Positions 55,782-64,000 of a stretch of DNA of 64,000 nucleotides are shown here, in pieces. Under the pieces are notes generated by a model. The model had not been told where the DNA came from, searched no databases, and worked only from the letters and a program-made list of their open reading frames with translations. The translations under genes were made by a program, and so were the position numbers. The stretch comes from an uncultured Fibrobacteria bacterium. GTDB lineage: Bacteria > Fibrobacterota > Fibrobacteria > UBA11236. The number at the start of each line of letters is the position of its first letter. Positions within the stretch are counted from its first letter, which is position 1. The stretch spans positions 1,952,001-2,016,000 of the forward strand of contig OY970309.1 of the NCBI GenBank assembly GCA_963716395.1. The letters are read 5' to 3'.

Positions 55782-58355
55782 GTGAAACCTGTCACTGATT
55801 TCGTTGCAGTGGACGTCGAGACCACGGGGCTCGACTTCGAGACCGAGGCCGTCATCGAGGTGGCGGCCGTGCGCTTCGCGGCCGGCGCGCCCCAAGCCAC
55901 GTTCACGGCCTTGCTGCCCGCGCCCAAGCCCTTGTCGGCCATGGCCCGTCTGCTGACCGGCCTCGACGAAGACGCGCTGCACGCCGCGCCCCCCTGCGTC
56001 GGGACCCTGCGGGATTTTCTTGACTTCGCCGGTGCGGCGCCGTTGGTGGCGCATAACGCCGAGTTCGACGCCGCCTTTTTGCGCCGCGCCCTGGAACGCG
56101 AAGGGCTACCCGCGCCCGCCGGCCCTTGGCTCGATTCGCTGCTGTTGGCGCGCGCGGCCTGGCCCGATTGGGAAAGCCACCGGCTCGAAGCCCTGGCCGA
56201 ACGCCTGCACTTGGACGCGGTCGACGCGCATCGCGCTTTGCCCGACGCCCGCCGCGCCGGCGAAGTGTTTGTGCGGGCGCAGGCGCGGTTGGCCGCGCTG
56301 CCGGCCGGCACGCAAGCCGATTTGTCGCGCCTGCTGGGCGGCGATCCGGTGTGGGGAACCGTTTTCGCCGCCGGCCCGGTCGGGGAAACTTCGGAGTTAC
56401 CGATCGCCGGTCCGGAGGCGGTAGGGAAGGCCGCCGGTGCGGGGAAAAACCCCGATCCGCGCACCGCGGCCATCGCCGCAGCCATCGCGAAGGCTTGGGA
56501 AGCGGGCGGCTGGCCCCTCTGCGAAACGCCGGCCACTTGCGACGATGCCGAAATCGCCTGGCTCGCGGCGCGCCGCTATGCGTCGGGGGGCCGCCGCGTG
56601 TTGCTGGCCGTGCCCAGCCGGGAGTGGGAACGCCTGCGCGCCGTCCATGGCGGACCGGAGGATGCGACGGCGGCCCTGGGCGAGCCGCAGGGATATTGGT
56701 GCCGAAGCCGCTGGCACGAAATCATGGCCGACGCGGAACGCCGTTTGTCGCCGGAAGAGCGGCGCTTGGCCCTGCCTTTGGCCGTTTGGGCGGCCGGCAC
56801 GCCTTCGGGCTGGCTGGGCGATTGCCGGGGATTCTCCGCCGGCCGCGCCCGCCGGCTGGCGGCTGCCATGGCCTGCGATGCCTATGAAGACGATCCCGCG
56901 GCCCGGGCCGCGCGGGCGGCGGCGGAAAACGCCGATGTGATTTTGGTGACACATGCCGCTTTATTTGCCCATTTGCGCTGGGAGGGCGCCTTGCTCCCTT
57001 CGGCCGATGCCGTGGTTTTTGCGGGTGCCGAAGCCTTGCCTGACGCCGCGGTCGCGGGCTGCGGCTGCGCCGTCTCCTTTTTTCGACTGCGGTTTATCCT
57101 GCAGGCGCTGCGGCTGGCGGCGGATCGGCCGTTTGGATTGTGGCCCGCGCTGGCCGACGCGGCTGCCGCCCCGTTCTCGCCCGAGGCCTGGTTCGAACCC
57201 GAGCGGCAATTGCAGCGCTTTCTGCAAAAACTGGCCAAGTCGGCCAAGCGCCGCGCGCCCTATGCATCCATCCGGCGGTATGCCGGAGCCGTGGCTTTGG
57301 AGTTCGACGCCAATCCCGAGCCCGTGCTGCTGGCGCTCAAGGAACAGGAAGACGGGTTGCGGGCCTGGGCCGAGCGCGTTTCCTCCGACCGCCTGCGCCC
57401 GGAAGCCGTTCGCATCGCCGATCGCCTGCGCGCCTTTCGCCTCGATTTTGCCCGGCTGTGTGATGCCAAGGAAGCCGGCGTGTATTGGGTCGAGGAATTT
57501 TCCAATCCCCATAAGGCGGTGATGCATTGGGTGCCGGAGGATCTTGGACCCGTGTTCGGCGAAAGGTTGCACTCCTGGTTTCGCGCCGGATCCCTGCTGT
57601 CGCCCGCCCTGGCTTCGGCCGATGGCGGTACGCGTTTTTTCGCCGGGCTGCTGGGATGGCCCGCTTCACCGCCGCCGGTGAAGCAACCGCCGGCGGAGAT
57701 CGCCTCAGTCCCTCCGTTTTTGCTGGCGCCTTTCGTGGCTACGGCGGTTTCCGCGCCCGTATCAACCGAGAGCGCTCCGGCCTTCGCCGAACTTTTGGTC
57801 CGCGCCTTAGAGCCGTTTCCCGAGACCGGTTTTTGGGTTTTTCTGCCCTCCTTCGGCGTCGTGCGCGCCGTGCAGCCCATCCTGGCGGGGGCCCTGCCGG
57901 GCCGCGCGCTCTGGGCCCAGCATCTCGATGGCGGTCCCGAGGCGCTGGTGCGGCTCTTCGCTTCCGCGCGCGGCGGTGTGGTGCTGGCCACCGAAGGTAT
58001 TGAAGGTTTGCGTGACGCCACGGGTGCCGCGCCGGCCGTGGCGGTGATCGCCCGCATGCCCCTGCCCTCGGGGCGCGATCCCTGGCTGGAAGCCCGGGGC
58101 GAGGCGCTGCGGGCCGAAGGCCGCAACGTGCGCCGCGAATTATGGCATCCGGCCGCGGTGCTTCGCCTCAAACGCGAAGTGGCCCGACTGGGGCGCGACG
58201 GCGGGCCCAAGGTTTATTGGTGCCTCGACGCCCGCGCCAGCGGCGACGGTCTCGGCGTATTGGTTGCGCGTTCGCTGCCGGCTGTGCCGCAGCCTTGCAG
58301 CGATCTGGCGGCGTTGCAGGCGGCCACCCGGCGGGCGCTGGAGTGCAGCCCGTAA
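55782..58355 (+). CDS. DEDDh 3'-5' exonuclease fused to a degenerate DinG-like helicase
   Basis: Intact VDVETTG, AHNAEFD and HRALPDA. The DinG scaffold is recognisable but Walker A/B are lost. Confidence 0.82.
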   Translation: MKPVTDFVAVDVETTGLDFETEAVIEVAAVRFAAGAPQATFTALLPAPKPLSAMARLLTGLDEDALHAAPPCVGTLRDFLDFAGAAPLVAHNAEFDAAFLRRALEREGLPAPAGPWLDSLLLARAAWPDWESHRLEALAERLHLDAVDAHRALPDARRAGEVFVRAQARLAALPAGTQADLSRLLGGDPVWGTVFAAGPVGETSELPIAGPEAVGKAAGAGKNPDPRTAAIAAAIAKAWEAGGWPLCETPATCDDAEIAWLAARRYASGGRRVLLAVPSREWERLRAVHGGPEDATAALGEPQGYWCRSRWHEIMADAERRLSPEERRLALPLAVWAAGTPSGWLGDCRGFSAGRARRLAAAMACDAYEDDPAARAARAAAENADVILVTHAALFAHLRWEGALLPSADAVVFAGAEALPDAAVAGCGCAVSFFRLRFILQALRLAADRPFGLWPALADAAAAPFSPEAWFEPERQLQRFLQKLAKSAKRRAPYASIRRYAGAVALEFDANPEPVLLALKEQEDGLRAWAERVSSDRLRPEAVRIADRLRAFRLDFARLCDAKEAGVYWVEEFSNPHKAVMHWVPEDLGPVFGERLHSWFRAGSLLSPALASADGGTRFFAGLLGWPASPPPVKQPPAEIASVPPFLLAPFVATAVSAPVSTESAPAFAELLVRALEPFPETGFWVFLPSFGVVRAVQPILAGALPGRALWAQHLDGGPEALVRLFASARGGVVLATEGIEGLRDATGAAPAVAVIARMPLPSGRDPWLEARGEALRAEGRNVRRELWHPAAVLRLKREVARLGRDGGPKVYWCLDARASGDGLGVLVARSLPAVPQPCSDLAALQAATRRALECSP

Positions 58356-58362
58356 CCCGAAA

Positions 58363-58926
58363 GTGACGCCGGCCTCGGCCGGCCTTCCTATCTTTACCCG
58401 GGTGTTGCGGTGGTTCGGTGCGGCGGCCGGTTTCGCCTTCTTCATCTGTCTCTTCGGCTGTCTCTTCGGCTGTCTCTTTGGCTGCCTCTGCGGTTGCTAT
58501 AGCTTTTCGGGCACCACACTGCCGGCGCATTTGCACACCATCCACATCGATCCGGTCGACAACCAGACGCTGCAATCCGCGGTGGCCGACGAAATCACCC
58601 AAGGCTTGCTCGACGGATTCCGCAGCCGCAGCAATTTGCGCGAGGTCAACGAAGGTGGCGACGCCGAATTGCACACGACCTTGACGCAGTACTCCCAATC
58701 GCCGCAAAGCACTTCCGGATCCACGGTGACCACCTTTCGCGTGGACATGCTGCTGCAGGTGGTGTTCGTCGACCGCGTGCAGGGGGATACGCTCTACCGC
58801 GATGACCGCGTGCCGGGCTACGGGTTTTACGCCCCCGACCGCGGCGAAACCGAAGAAACCGCGCGCAAGCAGGCGGTCGACAACGTGGTCAAGGTGGTGC
58901 TCGACAATACCGTGTCGGCGTGGTAG
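58363..58926 (+). CDS. lptE: LptE-family lipoprotein
   Basis: CGC-YSFSG..LP.HL.TI.I..V.N.T...L...F...NL...GDA.L. Start uncertain (GTG 58363). Confidence 0.7.
   Translation: MTPASAGLPIFTRVLRWFGAAAGFAFFICLFGCLFGCLFGCLCGCYSFSGTTLPAHLHTIHIDPVDNQTLQSAVADEITQGLLDGFRSRSNLREVNEGGDAELHTTLTQYSQSPQSTSGSTVTTFRVDMLLQVVFVDRVQGDTLYRDDRVPGYGFYAPDRGETEETARKQAVDNVVKVVLDNTVSAW
58446..58493 (+). repeat. 12-bp tandem repeat x4 encoding CLFG/CLCG in the LptE signal peptide
   Basis: CTGTCTCTTCGG twice, then CTGTCTCTTTGG and CTGCCTCTGCGG. Confidence 0.9.
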
Positions 58927-58935
58927 CTTTTTCCC

Positions 58936-59787
58936 ATGCGCTTCATCAAAATGCAGGGTACGGGCAACGACTACGTCTACATCGACGCCCGTCGCGAAAG
59001 CGTGGCGGATCCCGCGGCGCTGGCCGCGGCCGTGTCGCACCGCCACTTCGGCGTCGGCGCCGACGGCCTGATTCTCATCAAGCCCCATTCCGAAGGCGAT
59101 GCCGAAATGGAGATGTACAACGCCGACGGATCGCGCGCCGAGATGTGCGGCAACGGATTGCGCTGCGTGGCCAAATACGTGCATGACACCTATGCGCCGG
59201 GACGCGATCGCCTGCGCCTCCTGACCGGCGCGGGTTGGCGCACGGCCCGCATCGTGGCCCGCGACGCTTCCGGCCGCGCGTGCCGCGTGCAACTGGACAT
59301 GGGGAAACCGGAGTTCCGCGGCCGGGAAATTCCCACCGTATTCGACGCGCCCGAAGTCTTGCGCCGAACCCTTGAGGTCGAAGGTGGGCCCTTTGAAATC
59401 AGCGCCGTGTCTATGGGCAACCCCCATTGCGTGATTTATGTCGACGCGGTGCGCGATTTTCCCGTGGCGCAGGTCGGGCCGCGCATTGAACACCATCCCT
59501 GGTTTCCGCACCGGGTCAACGTGGAGTTCGTGCAAATCGTTTCGCCGCAAGCGGTCATCCAGCGCACCTGGGAGCGCGGTTCGGGCGAAACCTGGGCCTG
59601 CGGCACCGGCGCCGCGGCCGTGGCGGCCGTGGGGCGCAAACTCGGCCGCACCGGCGACCGGCTCACCGTGCATCTGACCGGCGGCGATTTGCTGCTGGAA
59701 GCTTCGCCCGACGGCTCGATACTCATGACCGGCCCGGCCGTAGAAGTGTTCCGGGGCGAATTTCCCGGAGCGATGATTCCGGAGTAA
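58936..59787 (+). CDS. dapF: Diaminopimelate epimerase
   Basis: KMQGTGNDY, GVGADG, EMCGNG.RC, SMGNPH, ERGSGETWACGTG. Confidence 0.97.
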   Translation: MRFIKMQGTGNDYVYIDARRESVADPAALAAAVSHRHFGVGADGLILIKPHSEGDAEMEMYNADGSRAEMCGNGLRCVAKYVHDTYAPGRDRLRLLTGAGWRTARIVARDASGRACRVQLDMGKPEFRGREIPTVFDAPEVLRRTLEVEGGPFEISAVSMGNPHCVIYVDAVRDFPVAQVGPRIEHHPWFPHRVNVEFVQIVSPQAVIQRTWERGSGETWACGTGAAAVAAVGRKLGRTGDRLTVHLTGGDLLLEASPDGSILMTGPAVEVFRGEFPGAMIPE

Positions 59788-59788
59788 C

Positions 59789-59814
59789 CGTCAGTAACCT
59801 ATAGGTTACTGACG
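59789..59814. repeat. Perfect 26-bp palindrome between convergent genes
   Basis: CGTCAGTAACCTATAGGTTACTGACG is its own reverse complement. Confidence 0.9.
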
Positions 59815-60339
59815 CACGATGAAGCCGTGGATGCTTTTGCCTTCCAAATCCACGAGCTTGTCTTCCGCCTCGCGCCGCGTGGCGAAATTCCCCAGCCGCA
59901 ATTTGTAATAAGGCGGATCGAAGGACATGTCGATATTCTCGCCCAGGGTCTTTTCCAGTTCGGCTTTGCGCGCCTGCGCTGAATCGAGGTTGGCGATGGC
60001 GCCGACCTGCACGCAGTAGCCGCCCGCTTCCGGCGCCGCCTCTTCGGCGGAGCCCGCGTTGTTCGCTGCATCCGATGTCTGCACCATGGCGGGGGCAATG
60101 GCCGGCAGCGGCGGGCTATGGGCGTCGAGCACGCGATCGAGTTCGCTGGGCGGCGCGAATTGCCGGGCCGGGGTGGGGAGCGGATGAAACGGATGCGCTT
60201 CCGGCGAGAGGCCGGGGGCGGCCGGAGTGCCCGGTTGCCGCGACCCCGGTAAAAATCCGGCGCAGCCCGACACGGCCGCCGCCAACCCCCAACTCAGGAT
60301 AAGCCGAAAGCAGACGCGGGGCAAGGGGCGGCCGATCAT
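59806..60339 (-). CDS. SPOR-domain lipoprotein
   Basis: Lipobox VSGC, Pro-rich linker, YCVQVGA...A...L...YYKLRLGNF.TR.EA. Confidence 0.88.
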   Translation of the reverse strand: MIGRPLPRVCFRLILSWGLAAAVSGCAGFLPGSRQPGTPAAPGLSPEAHPFHPLPTPARQFAPPSELDRVLDAHSPPLPAIAPAMVQTSDAANNAGSAEEAAPEAGGYCVQVGAIANLDSAQARKAELEKTLGENIDMSFDPPYYKLRLGNFATRREAEDKLVDLEGKSIHGFIVRQ

Positions 60340-60382
60340 GCCATCAAATTAATCAACTTCGCCACGCATGTATTTTTTCGGT

Positions 60383-60832
60383 ATGGACGCAGAACAAACC
60401 CTCAGTCACGCCATCGACTGGATGGCGGACGACCGCGACGACGAGGCTGAAGCCCTGCTGGTGGATTTCATGGCGCAGCTGCGTGAGCAAATGGACGGCA
60501 GCGAGGCGGATGCCGGGCGGTATTACTACTGGGGGCGCAGCCTGAGCCTTTTGGATGAGCCGGAGCAGGCCTTGTTGCGTTTCGAAAAATCGCTGGAGGC
60601 GCAACCCGATCACGAAGGGTCGTGGTGGGAAACCGCGTCTATCCTGCTCTACGACCTCGACCGGCCCGAAAGTGCGCTGGTCATTTTGGAGCAGCGCCTG
60701 CTGCCGCTACGACCGGATTATCCGCTGTATGTTGAAGCCCGGGAGTCGGCGCAAACTCTAATCCGTCACCTCCCTCCGCCGGGAGCGTCGGAGATGCCGG
60801 AATCGGGGCCGCCGGAGGCGGGGACGCCCTGA
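60383..60832 (+). CDS. TPR-containing hypothetical protein
   Basis: YYYWG..L..LDEPEQA...FEKSL...PD TPR-like repeat. TATTTT-N6-ATG upstream. Confidence 0.7.
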   Translation: MDAEQTLSHAIDWMADDRDDEAEALLVDFMAQLREQMDGSEADAGRYYYWGRSLSLLDEPEQALLRFEKSLEAQPDHEGSWWETASILLYDLDRPESALVILEQRLLPLRPDYPLYVEARESAQTLIRHLPPPGASEMPESGPPEAGTP

Positions 60833-61371
60833 GGGGCGCGGCGAACCGCCCGGTACATGGCTTCATCGGCCGCCAACCAGTCGAGCAAGGCCTGGGGCAA
60901 AGGGGGCGATGGGCCGACATGCCCCAGGGCCGACGTCAGATCCGCCACCGGCACCTTGGCCCCGTGCCGCAAAAAGATGCCGCGCAAATACGCCGCGGCC
61001 GAGAGTTCGCCTTTCCCATTCCAGAGGGATTGTTCGAGGTAAATCCAGGTTTCGTCCCAGCCCAACAGGCGGGTGTGCAGTTCGACCCTTTCGAAGACGC
61101 GCACGGGGCGGCGAAAGCGCACCAGGGCGGCCGCCAGTACCGGCACCCAGCGGCCCCGGAAGCCGGCGCGGCCGAGGCCGGCCCGCAGCAGCAAGTCGAA
61201 GCGGCCCAGATCCATCAGGGTCAGATAACGGCCGTTGTTCATATGGCCGTTGGTATCGAGGTCGTTGGGCCACACCCGCAGGCGTAACACGCCGGTTTCC
61301 AGGGGATGCAGCCGCCCGGGGCGCAGCCACAAAAGCGCGACGACCTTCAGCAGGCGAAAAAAGAGGTTCAT
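60766..61371 (-). CDS. Thioesterase (4HBT-like hotdog fold)
   Basis: RVWPNDLD.NGHMNNGRYL..MDLGR. Confidence 0.88.
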   Translation of the reverse strand: MNLFFRLLKVVALLWLRPGRLHPLETGVLRLRVWPNDLDTNGHMNNGRYLTLMDLGRFDLLLRAGLGRAGFRGRWVPVLAAALVRFRRPVRVFERVELHTRLLGWDETWIYLEQSLWNGKGELSAAAYLRGIFLRHGAKVPVADLTSALGHVGPSPPLPQALLDWLAADEAMYRAVRRAPQGVPASGGPDSGISDAPGGGR

Positions 61372-61425
61372 GCGGGAAGCAGTATAGCATGGCCGCCCGC
61401 GCGGCGCCGGTAAAAGGCGGCGCGG

Positions 61426-62682
61426 CTAAGCGGTTTTTTTCTTGGCGGTCTTTTTCAAAACCGTAAACGGCTCCTGGCCGCGTTCCACGGTTTCGCGGGT
61501 GATGCGGCATTCGGCCACGTCGCCGCGCGAAGGCATGTCGTACATGAAGGGCAGGAGCACGTTCTCCATCACCGCGCGCAGGCCGCGCACGCCGGTCTTG
61601 CGGCGGAGGGCCGAATCCACCACGGCTTCGAGCGCGTCGGGTTGGAATTTAAGCGTGATGCCGTCCATTTCGAACAGCTTGGCATATTGCTTGATGAGGG
61701 CGTTTTTCGGTTCGGTGAGCACGCGCAGCAGCGCCTCGCGCGGCAATTCTTCAAGTACGGCCAGCATGGGCAGGCGACCCACCAGTTCCGGAATCAACCC
61801 GAACTGGATCAAGTCGTCGGGCTCGGTCTGGCGCAAGACGGCTCCAACGTCTCGTTCTTCTTTCGAAAGCAGCGCGGCCGTGAAGCCCATGCCGCTGTCG
61901 CGCGTGCGGCGTTCCACGATTTTGTCGAGGCCCTCGAAGGCGCCGCCGCAGATGAAGAGGATGTTGCGGGTGTTGATCTGCACCAGGTTTTGCTCGGGAT
62001 GCTTGCGGCCCCCTTTGGGCGGCACCGCGGCCAAGGTGCCTTCGAGCAGCTTGAGCAGCCCCTGCTGTACGCCTTCGCCCGACACGTCGCGCGTGATGGA
62101 GGGATTGGCGCTTTTGCGCGAGATTTTGTCGACTTCGTCGATGTACACGATGCCCTTTTCCGTAAGTTCCACATCGTAGTCGGCGGCCTGCAACAGGCGC
62201 ACGATGATGTTCTCGACGTCTTCGCCCACGTAGCCGGCCTCGGTGAGGATGGTGGCGTCGACGATGGTGAAGGGCACCTTGAGAAAGCGCGCGATGGTCT
62301 GCGCCAGCAGGGTTTTGCCCGAGCCCGTGGGACCCAGAAACAGCACGTTCGATTTTTCGATTTCGACGCCGTCGGCGCCTTTTTTCTGCGCGATGCGTTT
62401 GTAATGGTTGTACACGGCCACCGCCAAGGTGGTCTTGGCGTAATCCTGCCCGATCACGAATTCGTCGAGATGGCGTTTGATCTCGGCCGGGTTGGGCAGC
62501 GCCGCCGCGGCTTCGGGGGGCTTGCGGCTGTCGTCGGCCAGAATTTCATTGCACATGCCCACGCATTCGTTGCAGATATGCACGGCCGGGCCCGTGATCA
62601 ATTTCTGCACCTGCTCCGAACTCTTGCCGCAGAAGGAGCAGCGCAGAATGCCGTACGGTCCGGTGGGGCGCGACATGTTCAT
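61426..62682 (-). CDS. clpX: ATP-dependent Clp protease ATPase subunit ClpX
   Basis: CSFCGK zinc finger, [33 protein letters not shown]. Confidence 0.98.
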   Translation of the reverse strand: MNMSRPTGPYGILRCSFCGKSSEQVQKLITGPAVHICNECVGMCNEILADDSRKPPEAAAALPNPAEIKRHLDEFVIGQDYAKTTLAVAVYNHYKRIAQKKGADGVEIEKSNVLFLGPTGSGKTLLAQTIARFLKVPFTIVDATILTEAGYVGEDVENIIVRLLQAADYDVELTEKGIVYIDEVDKISRKSANPSITRDVSGEGVQQGLLKLLEGTLAAVPPKGGRKHPEQNLVQINTRNILFICGGAFEGLDKIVERRTRDSGMGFTAALLSKEERDVGAVLRQTEPDDLIQFGLIPELVGRLPMLAVLEELPREALLRVLTEPKNALIKQYAKLFEMDGITLKFQPDALEAVVDSALRRKTGVRGLRAVMENVLLPFMYDMPSRGDVAECRITRETVERGQEPFTVLKKTAKKKTA

Positions 62683-62683
62683 C

Positions 62684-63289
62684 TCAGGCCGGCAACGCTT
62701 TCTTCTTGCGGTTGCCGGGATTGAAGATCTCGTCGACGACGCCGTATTCCACGGCTTCCTGCGCGTTCATGTACAGATCGCGATCGGTATCTTTCTCGAT
62801 CTGGGCCTGGGTTTTGCCGGTGCATTCCATCAAAATGCTGTTGAGTTCGCGCTTGGTCTTTACGATCTCCTTGGCGTGGATCTGGATGTCGGCGGACTGG
62901 CCCGTGGCGCCACCGCTGGGCTGGTGCAGCATGACCTTGCCGTGGGGCAGGATGAAGCGCTTGCCCTTGGTGCCGGCCGCCAACAGCAAGGCGCCCATGC
63001 TGAAGGCCGAGCCCACGCAAATGGTCTGCACGTCGGGCTTCACATATTTGATCACGTCGAAGATGGCCAGACCCGCCGTGACCAAACCGCCGGGGGAGTT
63101 GATGTAAATCAGAATGTCCTTGTCCGGATCCTCGTATTCGAGAAACAGCATCTGGGCGACGACGGTGTTGGCGACCACGTCGTTGATCTCATAACCCAGA
63201 AACACGATGCGCTCTTTGAGCAGGCGCGAGTAGATATCGTAAACCCGTTCGGATCGTCCGGTGGTTTCGATAACGGTGGGGATATACAT
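62684..63289 (-). CDS. clpP: Clp protease proteolytic subunit
   Basis: [34 protein letters not shown]. Confidence 0.97.
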   Translation of the reverse strand: MYIPTVIETTGRSERVYDIYSRLLKERIVFLGYEINDVVANTVVAQMLFLEYEDPDKDILIYINSPGGLVTAGLAIFDVIKYVKPDVQTICVGSAFSMGALLLAAGTKGKRFILPHGKVMLHQPSGGATGQSADIQIHAKEIVKTKRELNSILMECTGKTQAQIEKDTDRDLYMNAQEAVEYGVVDEIFNPGNRKKKALPA

Positions 63290-63393
63290 GTTCACCTCAG
63301 TCGTTGATCGTTTCAATATAGCCTTTCGGCCGCTCCGAATCCCAGTTGTTGCGATCTGCAACGCGCTCCCGGCCCCGCTGCCACGGCTTTGCG

Positions 63394-64000
63394 TCAGGCC
63401 GCCGGCTTGTAGCCGATGATGAAATCCAAAGTTTTTTCGGCTTTGACTTCTTCGCGCAGATCGACGATTTTGCCGCTCTTGCGCAAACTGGCTTTGAGGG
63501 CGGCGAACTCCGAGCCGTAACGCTCGGCCATGCGGCGGATGCGATCATCCACGTCTTCCTGCGAGGGTTTGATGCCCTCTTTGACCGCGATGGCGTCGAT
63601 GAGGCGCCAGCGGCGGATTTGCATTTCGGCTTCGCGTTCCAACTCGCTGTGCTCGTGATCCGGCCCGGCGCCTTCGGTATGTTCCTGCCCCATTTCCTTG
63701 AGGCGGTTGCGCACATAGTTTTGGATGCGCGCCTGGGGAACTCCCAGGGTGTGACCTTGCAGGAGCCGGCCGATGGCCTCGTCCCAGGCGGCTTCTTTGG
63801 CCTGTTGCAAGGCCGAGGATTCCAGCCGCGCTTTGATGCGGGCGCGCAAGGCCGCGACATCGTCATACCCCAATGTTTTCGCCCAGGTATCGTCGACTTC
63901 GGGCAGGTCGATTTCGAGCACTTGCTCGATGTGCAGTTGATACGCCGAAGGCCGGCCCGCCAGAGCCGGGTTCTGATAATCTTTGGGAAAGGTGAAAGCC
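63394..64000 (-). CDS. tig: Trigger factor, C-terminal part (5'-truncated at window edge)
   Basis: FPKDY, LPEVDD..AK, L.DAIA..EGI; upstream of clpP-clpX. Confidence 0.9.
   Translation of the reverse strand, partial: AFTFPKDYQNPALAGRPSAYQLHIEQVLEIDLPEVDDTWAKTLGYDDVAALRARIKARLESSALQQAKEAAWDEAIGRLLQGHTLGVPQARIQNYVRNRLKEMGQEHTEGAGPDHEHSELEREAEMQIRRWRLIDAIAVKEGIKPSQEDVDDRIRRMAERYGSEFAALKASLRKSGKIVDLREEVKAEKTLDFIIGYKPAA

Noticed and set aside
53719-58355. Kinase plus nuclease-helicase as an anti-phage defence system
   Set aside because: The genes are embedded in a lepB-lptE-dapF housekeeping run with host-like composition and no mobile or defence neighbours.
60766-60832. 67-bp overlap of the convergent TPR and thioesterase genes
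   Set aside because: Both tails are low-complexity Pro/Gly extensions, which is common in GC-rich genomes.

Overview
A GC-rich bacterial chromosomal window with about 60 genes. It is probably from Fibrobacterota, inferred from a TIGR02147-family gene and secreted carbohydrate-active enzymes with Fibrobacter/T9SS-like C-terminal sorting tails. Most genes are housekeeping: pyrC, sahR-metH, an ABC-F ATPase, mqnC, ilvBN, nrdJ, fdhD-ydeP, dsbD, crcB with its fluoride riboswitch, a CbpA-like DnaJ, speA, fumA, lepB, lptE, dapF and tig-clpP-clpX. Accessory genes include a Phd-VapC toxin-antitoxin pair, a TIGR02147+lipoprotein pair, esterases and a GH5 mannanase-like enzyme. No rRNA, tRNA, CRISPR array or transposase was seen. 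Main oddities: (1) a DoxX gene plus a twin CKGxNDCKGxGGC bufferin-like metallophore precursor with no adjacent MNIO maturase; (2) a recurring TAnnnT-N6-start arrangement suggesting widespread leaderless translation; (3) a VapC toxin that seems to need an ATT start codon; (4) three pseudoenzymes (exonuclease with dead DinG helicase, CheB-like domain with C-terminal receiver, Asp-to-Glu receiver); (5) two MITE-like elements; (6) a 216-aa protein with no K/R/H/C and possible flagellar-export hallmarks; (7) a 1-nt frameshift at the end of mqnC. All family calls come from recognising motifs by eye; no database search was run.
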